DNA from: Camelus ferus
Lineage: Eukaryota
Length of the DNA stretch: 64,000 nt
Direction: 5' to 3'
Assembly (NCBI RefSeq): GCF_009834535.1
Contig: NC_045707.1
Coordinates: forward strand, 59,584,001-59,648,000
Below the pieces are notes generated by a model that saw only the letters and a program-made list of their open reading frames with translations, made no database searches and had not been told where the DNA came from. The position numbers and the translations under genes are program-made. Shown here piece by piece: positions 13,074-27,573 of the stretch. The stretch's first letter is position 1. Every line of letters starts with the position of its first letter.

Positions 13074-15289
13074 ATACAATATTACACCCTCTCTTGGTTT
13101 CCTAAATCAGTCATGTAAAGAATAATTTTTTTCCCTTCAATTATTTCTCTCTAGGAATAAACAAATCCTGCTATGAAAAAGAAGATTCATAAATGTCCTT
13201 TGTTTCATTTCCTTTAAAGTTTAATCGATTCACTGTCTTTTTTGAAGACCACACTATAGGCCACAACACAGAGCTGAGTTAAGCAACTAATTGAAGCCAG
13301 GTTCATGTGGGCTTAAATCACCAGAGTCTTCCTGTCATCTTAAATTAAACTTCCTTATATACTTTTCAAGATTTATAACTCCAGGCTGAAAAGCTGTAAA
13401 CTGTCCCAGTTTCAGAACAAATCTCCCAGAAGGAAATGATGTTTCCTGGAAAAGAGGAAGGCAAGTGTCCTCTGTGGGAAGGGGGTTCCAAGAGCAATGT
13501 GTGTGGCAGGGGTCACGGGAACCTTGGGAAGGGGCTGCAAAGGGAATAGGCAAGTCACTCAAAGAACACGTGCCCAGAGATTCTGCAGTCTGACTTATGA
13601 GTCCTATAGGAAGGAGCAAGTTCATCTAAACAGCAAGTAGACACATTCTTGACTTTCTCCTACAAAATGAAAAGCAGAGGGTAAATGATCCTCTGCGGAG
13701 ATCATAATTTCCCAAGTTCCCAAAATAGCTCTTATTTTAGTTAAAAAGACTTATTAGCACTGTCTTCAACACTCACCTACCTATGTAATTTGTTACCTAC
13801 TCTTTCACAGTCATATTTTTCTTTTTTTTCCTGATTTAATTCTCTATAATATAAAAATAAAATATTGGTACATGTGGTGAAATAATCACTCTTTCGGGGT
13901 TGGTACAATTCACCAACTATTTAATAACAGGAAGAGAAATCATTTAATAATGTAGACAACAATTAAGCTAAGAGGCCCATATTTTAGGGAAAATCACCTC
14001 CCTTTTTTAAGCTTTTAGCAAATAAAAAACAGTATCTTTTATGTGTATTATTAACCTAACACCTAATGTATAATCAGACCAGAACATAAGAAAAATAAAT
14101 TTTCCCTTTATAATTTTCTTTCACTATAATGTTTTTCTAGATTGTCTCGGGGAAATTAGACATTCATAAGATGAACTCTGCTCATTGTTCGCTGGACTCA
14201 TGTGCCAGGCACTGAGTATGGTTTTGGTGAAACGGAACTTTCTGTTACCTTTCATGTCAACTAGAACTCTGTCAAAGCACAACATATGAAAGAGTATGGT
14301 CAGCAGAAATATCCTGAACTCCTATGACATACTAACTGGTGGAAGTAAGTTTCCCGAGTTTGAAAATCATAGGACTACAGGTGGATTATTCAAGTCAAAT
14401 GAGAAAAGAGATCAGCAGTCAAGGAAGAAGGCTGCCCTCACATATCATCAACTAAACTTATACCAACCACGTCATCCCAGGATAAATTCAGAACACGTGT
14501 CTTTCAACAGTATTTTAACATCAGTTTACACTGATAAGTATGATTATATTAATATTATTTATTAACAAAACAAATTAGTGATTCGGACAGTTTAAAGACA
14601 ATACGTTTGTGTCAGATTAGTCATGGTCATATTTTTTACCAGCCTGTAATTACATTTTTTAAACTTTGTACTAGCTGCAAATTAGAGGCATCATTTCTTC
14701 ATACCAGATCAGATAACTTACTTGGTTGTCTAAACAAACATGACAGAGAAGAAAGCAGTTATAAAAATATATTACTTTAAGCTATCAGTGATATTTCATA
14801 GCCCAAGCACTTCACTCACGTTACCTACTTACTTTCTGTGGAGCCAAAATACTAATGACCTTGGTAATTAGTTTTCTTATCTCACAGTACAGAAGTTGCA
14901 TGCTAGGGAAGGAGTGGTACTGTGTAGCGGTAGTAACACTGATAGCAGTGAATGAATGAATGACAGCCAGAAAATAAAGGGAACATAATATTTCTAACAA
15001 ACAGATTAAAGACTGAACAGGGCTTTAGTTAGGGATCCATTAGGATGGAAGTTAATAATAGTTCCATGCACCTGGATAATGTCTGATGGTCCCACGACAT
15101 ACCATTCTGAAACTAACTCTAGTTCAATATCATGACCACCCAAACATCAAGAACATATTTATCTTTACTATTCTAGTTTTGTAAATATATACAATTTTCG
15201 TTTTAAATGACTTACAATTGAACTGCAAATGTTAGAAAGTCTTTCTACTTAAAATGAGAAGAAGCTATAATGCAGATTCACTCATTCTG

Positions 15290-15740
15290 ACCTTAACTCA
15301 TTTCAGAAATAATTACTGAGAACCTACTATGCCTTAAGGTTCTGTGCTAATCCCTTGAAATTCAAAAAGGGATTAAAATGTTAAAAAAAAACAACAAAAA
15401 CAAAACTGCTGTCCTCACTGCGCTTCCATTTGGAGCGGGTGACAATAATAAACAGTGAATGTAGTAAATAAGTAAATTGCACGTTAGAGACTGATTGGAG
15501 CTACAGAAAAGAAGGAAAAGTTCAGTAACAATAGTGGGGAGTGGAGACGGACAGCCTGCAGTGTTGAAAGAGTAGTCAAGGAAAGCATCAGTGTGAAGGC
15601 TACACTGGAGCAGCTGACTTGAAGGAGGTGAAAGTTTAGCCAAGGGGTTGTCAGAGCAAGAGCACTCCACGCAAAGGAATCAGCTACAGCACATTTCCTT
15701 AGATGGGGAGCAAGCCCAGACTATTTGACACCATTGCAGG
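15290..15740 (-). mobile_element. L2 3' end
   Basis: Contains catttcagaaataattactgagaacctactatgcc and gtagtcaaggaaagcatcagtgtgaagg. Confidence 0.7.
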
Positions 15741-15764
15741 TCTTTGTGCAAAAGAATGACCTGT

Positions 15765-15980
15765 GCAAGTATGTTCAAAGTGTTCTGTACGTACTGATCC
15801 ATTGAATCCTCAAAGCAATCATATGAGATCCGTGCCGTTTTTAATCCCCTTTTAGCAAATGAGAACCCGAAGCACAGAGAGGTTAGGTAAGTTGCCTGAG
15901 ACCACACAGGTAAGAAGTGGTGAAAATGGAATCTAAGGGCAGCTAGTCTGATTCTAGAGGTGTGCTCTTAACAACTAGAT
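15765..15980 (-). mobile_element. MIR SINE
   Basis: Contains atccccttttagcaaatgagaacccgaagcacagagaggttaggtaagttgcctgagaccacacag. Confidence 0.85.
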
Positions 15981-18120
15981 CTTCAATATTCACACAAGAC
16001 ATGCACACACATGCACACAGGACACACAGGGGCTGGCATGCTCACATATACGTGCGCACATCCACACACCCACAAACACACACCACACACTCAAGACTGG
16101 AGAAAGAGCTGGGAGGCCAGGAGAATTTGTTACCCATACTCTATTTCTCTTGCTCCACATTTAATTTTTTCTCCTGTGTATTTTACTTGTCAACCTTTAG
16201 ATCAAAATGTCTGCCTGAATGAAAGGTGTTCAAACTGATTGAAAACATTTGGGGTTATTCTCAAAAAAGGAAAACCAAAATAGCAATTCTTAATGACTAA
16301 AATAAATATTGTGGAAATATAGGCAGGTATGCGAACTTATTTTAAATAAACAAAGAGAACAAACCAAAGCCCTGTCATGAAACAATGCATACTATGATTT
16401 TTTTTTTTTTTTAGGTCTACAGAGAGAAATACAAGGACATCTTCTGGTTAAATACCTAATATAATAGAGCAACCGGTCATTTACGCTATTTACTTGGGAA
16501 AAGCTTTGTAATCAATAGAAAGACTTCATAAATCATGATTTATGACTCACACCTCAAGCAAATGAAGATAAATGTGTCATCGGGATTTTTTTCTATCTTA
16601 ATTATCTTGGTTCTATTGTATAGACATGTATTCCTTTTCCATCTATACTATCAATATGGGCTTTTGAAAAATGTTTAGATATATTGTTATATTTATGTTC
16701 ACATAAATTATAATTCATAGACTATTTAACTATATCAAATCTATACACACGGAAATAACTATCACTGTCTGAAATACAATATTCTCCAAAACATATAATA
16801 AATTCTGTAAAAATGAAGACTTTGAGCTCCTACTTAACAGGGTCCTAAGCACTACATTTAGTACAGTAAGTATTCTGCACTTATTAAATTATCAATCCAA
16901 AAAATAATTAAATCCAATTTATCAAAACAAATATTTAAAGAATCTGTCTCAGAATTAAAGGACACTGGTAAAAATAATGCTTTTCATAACCCTTCACTGA
17001 GAAAAATTAGATAGCTCTCCCCAAGATGGTGTAAAATGACCATGCCTATTAAATATAGCTCAATATTTTAAAATATAATACCATTTCATAATGTCCATGC
17101 ATATCCAACAAGAATAGAAAAATATCTCCCCGAAAGGGTCATAACCACTGAGAAATTATGGGCAAGAAATTCAACATGGTAGATACAGAAACAGAGTGAA
17201 GTAAAGCAATGACAAATGAGATCTCATTTCAATTCCAGAGTCAACATCCTTTGTACAATACCACTTTATTTCCAGTATTTTTCCAGCTACTATTCCTGCT
17301 TCTTGCTCATTCAAATGGCTTAAACCAAACTCTAGGAAATATAATTTTTGGCAGTTCTCAAAATCTAGATCTTTTTCTACTAACCATCCCCCCCCTCAAA
17401 ATTAATAATAAAAAATTTAAAAGATCTTTCCTTTTTATCTGCTTCTCTATTCTCACAGAAATCCAAAGAACTTACACCATAGAGAATGCTGTCTTTCACT
17501 TAGATTCCTGCACAATTTCACTTGGCATCACAAGAAGTCAGACAAGCTTAAAGCACAGAAGCACATCTGCTTTACTGAGTAATAAGAAATATCCCTTATC
17601 ACTCCATGGCATTTGTAGACATTCCATATTTTTTGGCAAAACTATAATTTTTCCTTGTTGATTTAATAATTCACTAATGAGTAAAATTTGCCAAAGGAAA
17701 TAGTGTCTACATGGCTGTACAGAGACAGAAATGTTGCTTAATATGATGTGAGGCTGACGGATGAAAGAGATGGGGATTTCTGAATTGTTGAATATTTGAC
17801 AAGAAGTGGGAAGTGGTTTATGAATGTATTTTGGAATTCTGTTTTAACTTTTTGAGTCAATACTAATCACCAAAAACAAACTCAAGGTAAACGGCATTAC
17901 TAGATTTTAGGCTTGGCTTCTGAGATGGAAAAAGTTAAATATTTACAAATGTTTGATAGGTGTGTATATTTTAGAAGATGACAAAGAGTGTTTTCCTATT
18001 GGGCATTCTACCTCCTGAAGAAAAACAATCCTAGCTATTTATGCAATAGAGCTGATCTGACATCCCAATCATTGATGAGAAACAGAGGGGCAATTTGCAT
18101 GAAACCCACTCATTTCATTC

Positions 18121-18534
18121 TGTGATCATTTCTCGATGTGTCAGCTTGGCTGGGCTTACTAAATTCCACTCATTCCATCAAACACCAATGTGGGTGTGCC
18201 TGTCAAAGTATTTGGTGGATGTGGTTAAAGTCCATGCAGTTGACTTTAAGTAAGGGACATGATCCTAGCTTATCACTAGGATGGTAGGCCTGATTCACTT
18301 CTTGAATGGTCTTAAGAGCAGGACGGTGGCCTCCTTGAGAGAAGAAATTCCACCTGTTTATAGCAGTTTCAGCTCATGCTGACAGTCTCAGCTTGTCCTT
18401 TCTGCTGGACTGCCCTTACGATTTCAGATTTGCCTAGTCAGTTTCCATGATCATGTGAACCAATTCTTTACAAAAAATCTGTTAACAGTATTTCAGACTG
18501 GTTCTGCTTCTCTGGTTGATTCATGACTGATACA
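18121..18534 (+). mobile_element. MLT2-type (ERVL) solo LTR
   Basis: TG...CA termini (tgtgatc...gactgataca), internal gtgtcagcttggctgggct and gttgactttaagtaaggga, and attc repeated on both flanks. Confidence 0.85.
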
Positions 18535-19145
18535 ATTCCAAATTGGGAAAAAGCAGTCATGGAAGAGTAAAGGAAGTTGTTATGGTTTGTTAGCACCCTA
18601 CCCCGTTGTGTCTATGTGTACCCATAGACTCAAGTCAGACAGACATAACGTGTGTATATACGTACCCACACACATACACACATGCGTACACACACACACA
18701 TGCACTCACATCAAAAACAGTATGTTCCCAAACACTCAAACCCTTATGTTTAACAGATCTGAAATTTTTGACAGATTTAATGATTTAACTGATCAAATGC
18801 ATCAACAAAATAAAACTACACAACTGGAGACTGGGACTCAACAGGCACATTTTAAAGAATAATTGGTGACTGTCCCACACTACTTACAGGAAAGACATTC
18901 CGCACACTTTGATACAAACCACAATCACCTTCAGAAAACAAACACAAATATTTCACCCAAAAAGTGATAAATGTTGGTCATTCAAGCAAAAGAAAAGTGG
19001 TTTAATGTCTATAACATCAATCGACTAATCCCATCACACTGATACAACCACATCATTAGGTTTCCCAAACTCACAGCAATTTATTCAAAACAGGTTGTAT
19101 CTCAATAAATTAATTTTGAACACCTCCCCTGCTTCCCTTCCTTAC

Positions 19146-19326
19146 CTGGACTGCATATCTTGGGTTTTGGCCTGACTGGCTTCTGCCTGAGGGGAGGCGT
19201 GAGAGATGCCCTGCTGAAGTTCCACCAAGGACTGGTAATACTGCTGTTGATGGTGTTGTTGCTGCTTGTAGCGAGACAAACTGAAAAACAGCCCTAGAAT
19301 GGCTTTTAAGTTTCCATTTCTTATTT
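19146..19326 (-). CDS. NAV3: NAV3 coding exon (exon 5 equivalent): (E)IRNGNLKAILGLFFSLSRYKQQQHHQQQYYQSLVELQQGISHASPQAEASQAKTQDMQS
   Basis: Acceptor cttgatacag|AAATAA, donor TCCAG|gtaagg, 181 nt, phase 1 to 2. Completes the CH domain motif GNLKAILGLFFSL. Confidence 0.97.
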
Positions 19327-21789
19327 CTGTATCAAGTGGAAAATATAAAAACAGTATCATATAAGATGATTTTTTTTAACAAATAAAATTCTAGAAGCAA
19401 TTCTCTTAGGCTAAATCTATAAAAACAGAAATACAACTTGATTTTCTTGGTCACAGATTCAAGCAAGCCTGATTTTCTGAATTGTGCTAACATTTCTAAG
19501 TAGCTTGGAAATTTCAGAGAGAGTATGAAGGCCTGGAGGGGGTAGAGAACAAAGCTTACTCAAGTGATGCTCTTTGCTGACCTTGAACTACAATTTTTCC
19601 AGAGTTAGCTTCTTCCTGGAAATGGATGGGCTCTCTGTCTTGTGCTAATTGTTTGATTTAGCACTCTGCTTCCCTGACAAATACACACAGCTGTCACCAA
19701 CATAGTGGTGCCTGGGAGCTGGAGAAAGAAACCACTTCAATCCCGGTTGCTGTGCATTATAAATACTGATGGAGCTATGGGTGCACCTCAAAATAGCAGC
19801 TGAATTTATAACTGTTAGAATGACTTCTAAAACACCAATGTATTTTGAAAAAATATATGTATATATCACCCCAAAAGCAGGCAACATCATAGATACCCAT
19901 TTTGAATACTCCAGCTCTTTTATTTTTAATTCATGTTACATATTAACAAATAATAAAGATGAGCTTACTTATAACTGTAGATAACGTAATTGAATAAATG
20001 TCAGTGGAATTCCTAGCTCTCACACATAAACTCCCTTGTAAGTTTTTCTAATATTGAATAAAATGTCCAGTGCACAAAGTAGGCTACAACATGAGCCTAG
20101 CTTTTTTTCCTGAAGTTATAATTTTTACATCAGAAAAAGAGATGGAAGTACAGCTTGAAATAAGGCTACACAAACTGTCATCATATTTTAAACAAAACTT
20201 GCTGTTGGCGATAAAATACGTCCTCCTGTGAGGTTAAGGTTTTATGTCTCCCTTTTGGAATTTAGAAACATTAATAAACTGTTCAGACGTCCTGCCCTCT
20301 TATGGTTTATAATGTCACACACACTATACACTGGAATTATTCATATAAAATGAGGCTGAGTTATTATAACTTCCTCACAGCTGCCATAACATGTAAGAGT
20401 TGGCTTGAGTAATATGAAGCTACAGTCAGAAAGCATTAATTTTCTCCTATATACTTGAATGATCTTATTAAATTTTTTAAATTTATTGTTTTATTACTAT
20501 GTATGTCTAATTAATTTAGAAAATCATTTTGAGCAACTGTATATTTTACTAGACAAATAAAAATAGGTTTATGTTAATAAAATACATCATAAGAGAAAAA
20601 GAGACATAAAACAAACAAAGAGTAACATTTCTCACCTACTTTTAGCCACTTAGAAAGCAGAGTATTATCCTGGAGGATTTTATTATATTTTATTCCAAGT
20701 AACAGAACTATCAGTTAGGTTTGAATTAAGCTTTTTGGCCTTTAAATATGTAATTTAACATTAAGCATCATGGCATATACATATAAAGGATAAAATACAT
20801 TTAAAATAACAGGAAATTTTAGTAGAAAAAAATTAAGAAAAGTACATAATTCTTGCGTATGTCCATAATATTTCGGAAGCCACCTAATTCTTCTTTTTCC
20901 AACGGCAGCAAAAGTTTAAAGACTTAGAATTGTCTACTATTTCTATTATCTGTGGGTAAAAAGGCTTTTCAGAACAAACTGATTTTAGTAGAAACATTAA
21001 CCAACATAATCATCAGAAGTGTTTAACAATATCTCATAGAATTTTATATATATATGTAATTAATATTCTAATTAAAGTAGTTATTGTTAATACAGGTCTC
21101 AAAGGACTTGTTATTTCATAACTTTAGCAATTCTTTTTGTGAATACTACTACGTGAAAATTTTCCAAAGTTTTCCTAAAAATATATGTGCAAGGAAAAGA
21201 GATTCAGAAAAAAGAATGACAGATATGGTTGTCTTTTCCACTTTGCTATATTTCAACGTTAGTGATGATCATTTAAACCTTTAAGGATTTTAAGGCCATT
21301 GCATAAAATGCTATTAATAAAGTTAGTGCTAATTACTTAAGAACTCATAATGACTTACTTAAAATGACCAAATACTTAGACTAGGACTACCAACTTGACT
21401 GTATCATAGAATTGTTATTGATAAAATAATATTTGAGCATTAATTACACTATTTTTCCTGTATTTATGTTCCTGTATTATCCAGCATCATCTCCCCATCC
21501 ATCTACTCAAGACTCTAAAAATACTTCCTACTGTTAATAACATATTTTTTTTAATCTGCCCCACTGACATATATTCAGTAATGTAAAGAAAAATTTTGGC
21601 AAAATATGGACCATATCTACATAATTAAAGCATACAATAATAACCACTACATCTATGATTCTATTATTCTGAAAGCTTTACTGATATCCTTTATTATATC
21701 TTAGAGCCATGTACTCCAACTTTACATTTCTGGCATTAATAAAAAGTCTTTTACAAGTGCCATTTGTGACAATTAACGCTTTTTCTTAC

Positions 21790-21862
21790 CTTCAGCAGAT
21801 AGACCTTGAACATTTACTCCTCTGGCTGCTAGAAAGCTAAGGCAGACATCAACATTTTCAAT
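21790..21862 (-). CDS. NAV3: NAV3 coding exon (exon 4 equivalent): IENVDVCLSFLAARGVNVQGLSAE(E)
   Basis: Absent from the ORF track and read by hand. Acceptor catgttgcag|ATTGAA, donor GCTGAAG|gtaaga, 73 nt, phase 0 to 1. Confidence 0.97.
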
Positions 21863-24800
21863 CTGCAACATGAAAAGCAGTGAAAAAAGTAACTTAGAAG
21901 ATTATCTTTAAATAAATAAATGAGCTAGAATGAAGCCAGGGAGAAAGATAAAGAAAGAATGAATACTTTACATTCATTTCATACTAGAGATCTTTAACCA
22001 GAGTTTAACTAGAATTATTTTGGCTAATTGCAGAATGAATATAAAGACTGCATTGTCCAGTTTGGTTCTTACAAACAATTCATAAAGGCCTGATCAAGAA
22101 CGGCATTCTTACAGTTAGCAACCCACCTACTTAACATAAAACTAGATTTTGTGCTTCACAAATAACTCTCAACTAAAGCAACGACACAGGAGGAGATTCT
22201 AGCTTGTGTGAGTCATAGAATGTAAGGATGTAGGTAATTGAGATTCAGCTAGTAATATTTGGTAAGTATGCCAGAAGATAAGCAAGATGGACAAAGAGTT
22301 GATACACATGAAAGAAATGAAGCACTTTCTTCATCCTAAATCATAGAAATTCTTTATTTTAAAAACTGTATTTTCATTTCAACAATTGAAGAATCTTCTT
22401 ATTAAATATAGGTATCGCCTTTGTAATTTAAAAGGGTGATGCCACTGTCATTTAGGGTGAGAAGCAAAAAAAAAACAAATGGCTAATTTATGTTAATTCA
22501 TGGGTTGATCTCACTATTAGTCATGGTATTATATAGCAAAGTCAAACATCTAAGACTTTTTAAAAGACTGTAGGAAACTAGAAAGTTCCAGCTCTTTGTG
22601 AGTCATCTCCCTGGGTTTTTTGGTATTCCATAAATCTTGAAATTCTAAAGTAAATAACAGATTTAAAGTTAATACTTGGCAAGGTACTGTTTTCTGTCTT
22701 ATTAAATTCTCATCAAAAGCTACGCACAGGACAGACAAAGTTCTGCCAATGTCCTCTCTAGCTGAGCTTCACAGTAAGGTCGAAATGTCTCTTAAAGAAA
22801 ATAAACAGAAAAAAATAGATTCCAGGATCTGTCCTTACAAAATGGACAACTATTTATGTTCCTTTGTAAATGTAATTCTGTGCAAAATTAAATAATGTCC
22901 AATAAGATGTTCTTTGCTTAAAAAATGATTGCAGCCATGGTATACACATTTGCTTTGAGAAAAAAAAAATTATACTGGTTCATTTCAAAATAAGTTTTAC
23001 TGAAATTTTTCATCCGAAAACATGATACAGTTGATGACTCTGAAGACAATATGACCACGTGGGTCTTCTCATCCTGCCCAGCAACATCTAAATACCCAAG
23101 AAGACCTATGGTGCTGAAATCTACTTCACCTTCTGTCCTTTCTTTACATTTCACTTTGATACTAGGAAATAAGATTATATATGGAAGGAAAGTGAAAGAA
23201 AAGAAGAAATGTAACCAATAGGATATACCACTGTGTCCATCCAACTGGTTCTTTAAAAAAACTTTTTCAGGTTGATTAAAAATAATTAAAAGATGCCAAG
23301 TAATTATTGTGACCTAATATTAAGACAAATTGAACTGAATATTTGTAAACGTTTGCCATAATTATCCTGAAGTTACTAATTTTGCATCAATTATATCCCT
23401 TTTATAGAAAGTAAGATTTCTGGCCCAAACATATAAAATTTACTGCAAAATGTTAACAGGCTTTTCTCACCTAAATTTTAGTTATTTTTATTATATATAA
23501 ACAGATGAGGTCATTGGAAGACCAAGAAGGTGTTACTGAAAAGGATCTGTAATTATGTTTGTAAGATAGCTTTTTTAGCTACCATTTAAACCAGCAAAAA
23601 ATAAACTGCTGCCTAGATTGGGTATTAGAGACAATCAACTCTCTCTCAACAGGCGCCATAAATTAGAAAGGGAAATTGAGGGTCCAAGTAGAGGAAAGAA
23701 TTAAAAAAATCTTCAAAATATAGCTTACATTCCTTTTATATTTATTATGTTTTGTAATATTCCCTTACACCAACAATTTGAGATAGTTAATTCAGTTTCT
23801 CATTATACTATGGCAGTTAAGTAGCAGAACCAGGATAAGTATTTGAACACAAAATTTAATATGACAATTTAAGGATAATCCATTAAGATGTATTTACTTG
23901 TCAGTATTTGTTTATTGGTCAAAACTAATTTTCCAACAGTGTAACAGCATAATAAACATAACTTAAGAAAATAATATCCTTCCTCTACTTAACTCTGGTC
24001 ACCTGTAAACTCAATCATGCTTGCTGGTACTATTTATACTTTTTACACAGTGAAAAGTTAAAATAAAAAAAAAATGGCATTGAGAAATGTTAAATGCCAG
24101 TTATATGATTAGCTTCCTCATCAGAGGCATACTCTAAAATAATTTCGGGAGACTTTCTAACTATAAAATAATATATTTTGATCAATGATTATTTTAATAA
24201 ATTTGAGACATGTTTCTCATAATTTCTGATTTAAACAATAGATTGGCCCCAAACATTTCCCAGATAAATAGTCCTATAAATACTGTTTTAGTTACTATTT
24301 TTGTCATGTTAAACCACAATTGTTCTTTGAACTAAAAATTTCTAAACATTTTTGGTAATTACAAACAGATAAAAGTGATTTTGCTATCAAATTGATCCAA
24401 TTAGTTGAAGTGAGTTTTATTTTTTCTCAATATTATTTGAATCAGATACTAAATAAGCTGTCAAAATTCAAATTGTACTTTAACACCTAATATTTTGGGT
24501 CAACTTTTATTTAGAATAATTTCATGTTCCTTAATAAACTATTTTATAAACAACTCAATGTGCACTCGCATAAATATAACGGAAACAAAAGTTTCACAGA
24601 TCAACACTTACTAAACTGAAATCACTGTGATGCCTTCTATATATTTCTAAGAATACTGTCTTCTATTTTAATTAATTAATTAATATTATTTACACTATTT
24701 AAGTATTGGTTAAAATCCACTAGGTGAATTTCCGGATTCATTAATGGATACAAATCCATAATTTGGAAACCACTGCCCTAAAGAAGACCAGAACATTGAC

Positions 24801-25268
24801 ATGTCTATTGTTGTCTTTTTTGGGGTAAGGGGAGCATTATATTCAATGACAAATAAAAAAGTGGAAAATCATCTTCACAAGCAAGGTCTCTGCAAGGATT
24901 TAGCTAAATCAGTTAACTGGCATAAAAAAAGAGCAATATTCAATATTCTGGCTATATAATCACTGCAGATAATCCTAACGATATGTTGATAAACTGTATG
25001 CCTGTGTCTAAGATCTGAAAAAGAATTTTAACTCTTTTGTCTCCTTTAATTTGCCTAGATATAAAATCATTTTGAACAGAAAAGCAAATGAGTTGAAACT
25101 TGAGTCAATCCTTTATAAGCAACCAGTTATTTACCAAAATTAAACCACTATCTCAAAATTACTAGGTTATTTGACAAAGTCAATCCTTTCTTGATCTTTC
25201 TCTCCTCACTCCTTCTATTTGGTTTACAGGTATATAGGGATGTAGAGAAGTCTGTTGAGCTTTCATAG

Positions 25269-25323
25269 TTTTTATTTATTTATTTATTTATTTATTATTT
25301 ATTTATTTATTTATTTATTTATT
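25269..25323. repeat. (TTTA)n microsatellite
   Basis: Directly visible. Confidence 0.95.
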
Positions 25324-26119
25324 CAACTATATTTAAAAATTTGATGAAGATATGGATTTAGTGACATGTGAAGCCTCTGGGAGACAGGAACTTTGCTGAC
25401 CCATGTAATTCCAGCAACATAGGATGATGTCTGATATCTGACAGATGTTCAGTGTATACTTGAGGAAGGATGGAATACTTGGAGGAATGAAGGACTGGTG
25501 GCCAACTGGTCCTTGTATTGTTGGAAGAAATTAGTACAGGCATTAAAAAAGAGAGAGAGGGAGAAAGAGAGAATCAACTGATCCAGAGGCTACATGGTAG
25601 ATCTCTTTGGGGTCTTTTAAAATACACTACTTCCCTGAACCTGACCCCAGATAATAAGAATCAGAAATTCTGTGAGTAGGGGTTAGACATCAGTGTGTTT
25701 TCAAATTTCAGCCCCTAATCTCAATCTATCCTCATCTTTACAGATTAAGCAACTGACCTCAGAGAAATTCTCACGTGAAGATGAGCAAAAGAAGCCAGCA
25801 AGAGAGTATATACTACATGATGCTCAGTTTATATTAAATTCAAGATCATCAATACTAAACAATGAAAACAGAAGTTAGAACAATGATAAACTTTGGTGGG
25901 TTGGAGCGGGAACAGACATTCTGGAAGCGTCCTTTATTTTGATCTGAGTAGTATGTACACAGGTATATACACATTTAAAATCAATCAGCTATATACTTCA
26001 GACTGGAGGACTTGACACACTTTCTATGTGTGTTTTGCCTCAATCTCTATTAGAATATTTATACCTTTCTATGTAAGTTTTGCTTAAGTTGAAAATAAAA
26101 ATTAAAGGATTGGCCCCTT

Positions 26120-26760
26120 GTTTTGTTGAGAAGAGACTCCAGCCACACAAGGATAGAAGTATGGAAACCTGTTAGGTGGTTGTTGCTAGTAATTAAACTG
26201 AAAGATGATGATGTTTCAGACAGTGACGGTGGGAGTAAGGTGATGAGAAGTCATCAGATTCTTGATCTATGTGGAAGGAATCTCATGGGAAGATGCGGCA
26301 TATAAGAGAAAGAGAGGGATGAAGGATGAAGCCAAGGTCTTTGGCCTCAGCAACTAGGTGGACGCAATCTCCATGCCTTAAGATGAAAAAGTAACAGACT
26401 GATGCAGGGAGTTAATTTTTGGACATACTGTCTGGTCTGTTAGACATCCAAAAGGATGACCAGGCATTCGGACACACAATCCTGAAGTTCAATTGAGAGT
26501 TCTGGGGACAGAGATCAAATTTGAGGGTCATCCTCATACAGATAGAATTAAAGCCATGGGGCTAAATTAAATCACCAAGGGTGTGTAGCTATAAAAGAGG
26601 GACAAACATGGATCCCAAGGAGACGACCATTGGAAAGATGAGTCAAAACCAACAGAGGAAACCAAGGAAAAGCAACCAGTGACGTTTAAGGAAAATCAGG
26701 AGCGTGTGGAGCACAGGCAACAACCTGAAGAAAGTGTATTAATGCCAAGGGGGAGGCGAG
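26120..26760 (-). mobile_element. L2 internal fragment
   Basis: Contains gaaggatgaagccaaggtctttggcctcagcaactagg and gaattaaagccatggggctaaattaaatcaccaagggtgtg. Confidence 0.75.
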
Positions 26761-27522
26761 CTCTAGCAAAAGCAGCTGGAAAGCAAGACTAGAACTAAGA
26801 AGTGGCTCAGATTTAGGATTAAGTACATCAGTTCTTAAAAGGCTTGATCCTACTCCCTCATTCTCATGTTTGCTGGCACGTGGGTGCATACTCTCTCTCT
26901 ATATATATACACACACACATACATATATACATATATATGCTTACTCATATTTATAAAGAAATATACATATACAACATACGTATGTAAGGCAATCCACAGA
27001 CATGCATATATCTGACTAGCAAAAAGTAAGCTCCCTGAGGATTCTTTTCTACTTTGTCCAATGCTCTCTCTCTCTGGTGTCTAGAAGAGACATACGCTAT
27101 AAACAATAGCTGAGGAAGTGAATTGACTACACAAGGATAAATATCAAGCTTTTATGCCTCAGTCATTCAAATAAAACAGAAGAAATGACCAAACAATAAT
27201 TCATAATACTATAAATACTCAAATCCAGTGTCTCTGGCAAGGCAATTTAGAATTGACAGCATCCTAAGTGTCTCTCTAAAGCTCATCACACTCGTCTCCA
27301 CCCGGAGGACCTGGCATCCCACGGCTCCCATGTATCCTCCCATTCCCAGCACTTTATACAGTGTCTGGCACAAAGAAGATCCTTAATGCATTCTTGTTGA
27401 CTAGGCTGAAGAATTAATAAAATGACACAGATCAACAGGTGCAAGCTCTATCAGCGTTTGGCCCCAAATTCAGTTTCTGGTCTTTTGCTTTTATGAGGAC
27501 AAGGAAGAAAATATTTCATACT

Positions 27523-27573
27523 GAGAGAGAGAGAGAAAGAGAGCGAGAGAGAGAGCAAGAGAGAGAGAGAGAA
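27523..27573. repeat. Interrupted (GA)n microsatellite
   Basis: Directly visible. Confidence 0.92.

Noticed and set aside
1..19145. Next NAV3 exon (recalled as beginning LAARYATQS)
   Set aside because: No matching sequence with splice sites found by eye; it probably lies beyond position 1.
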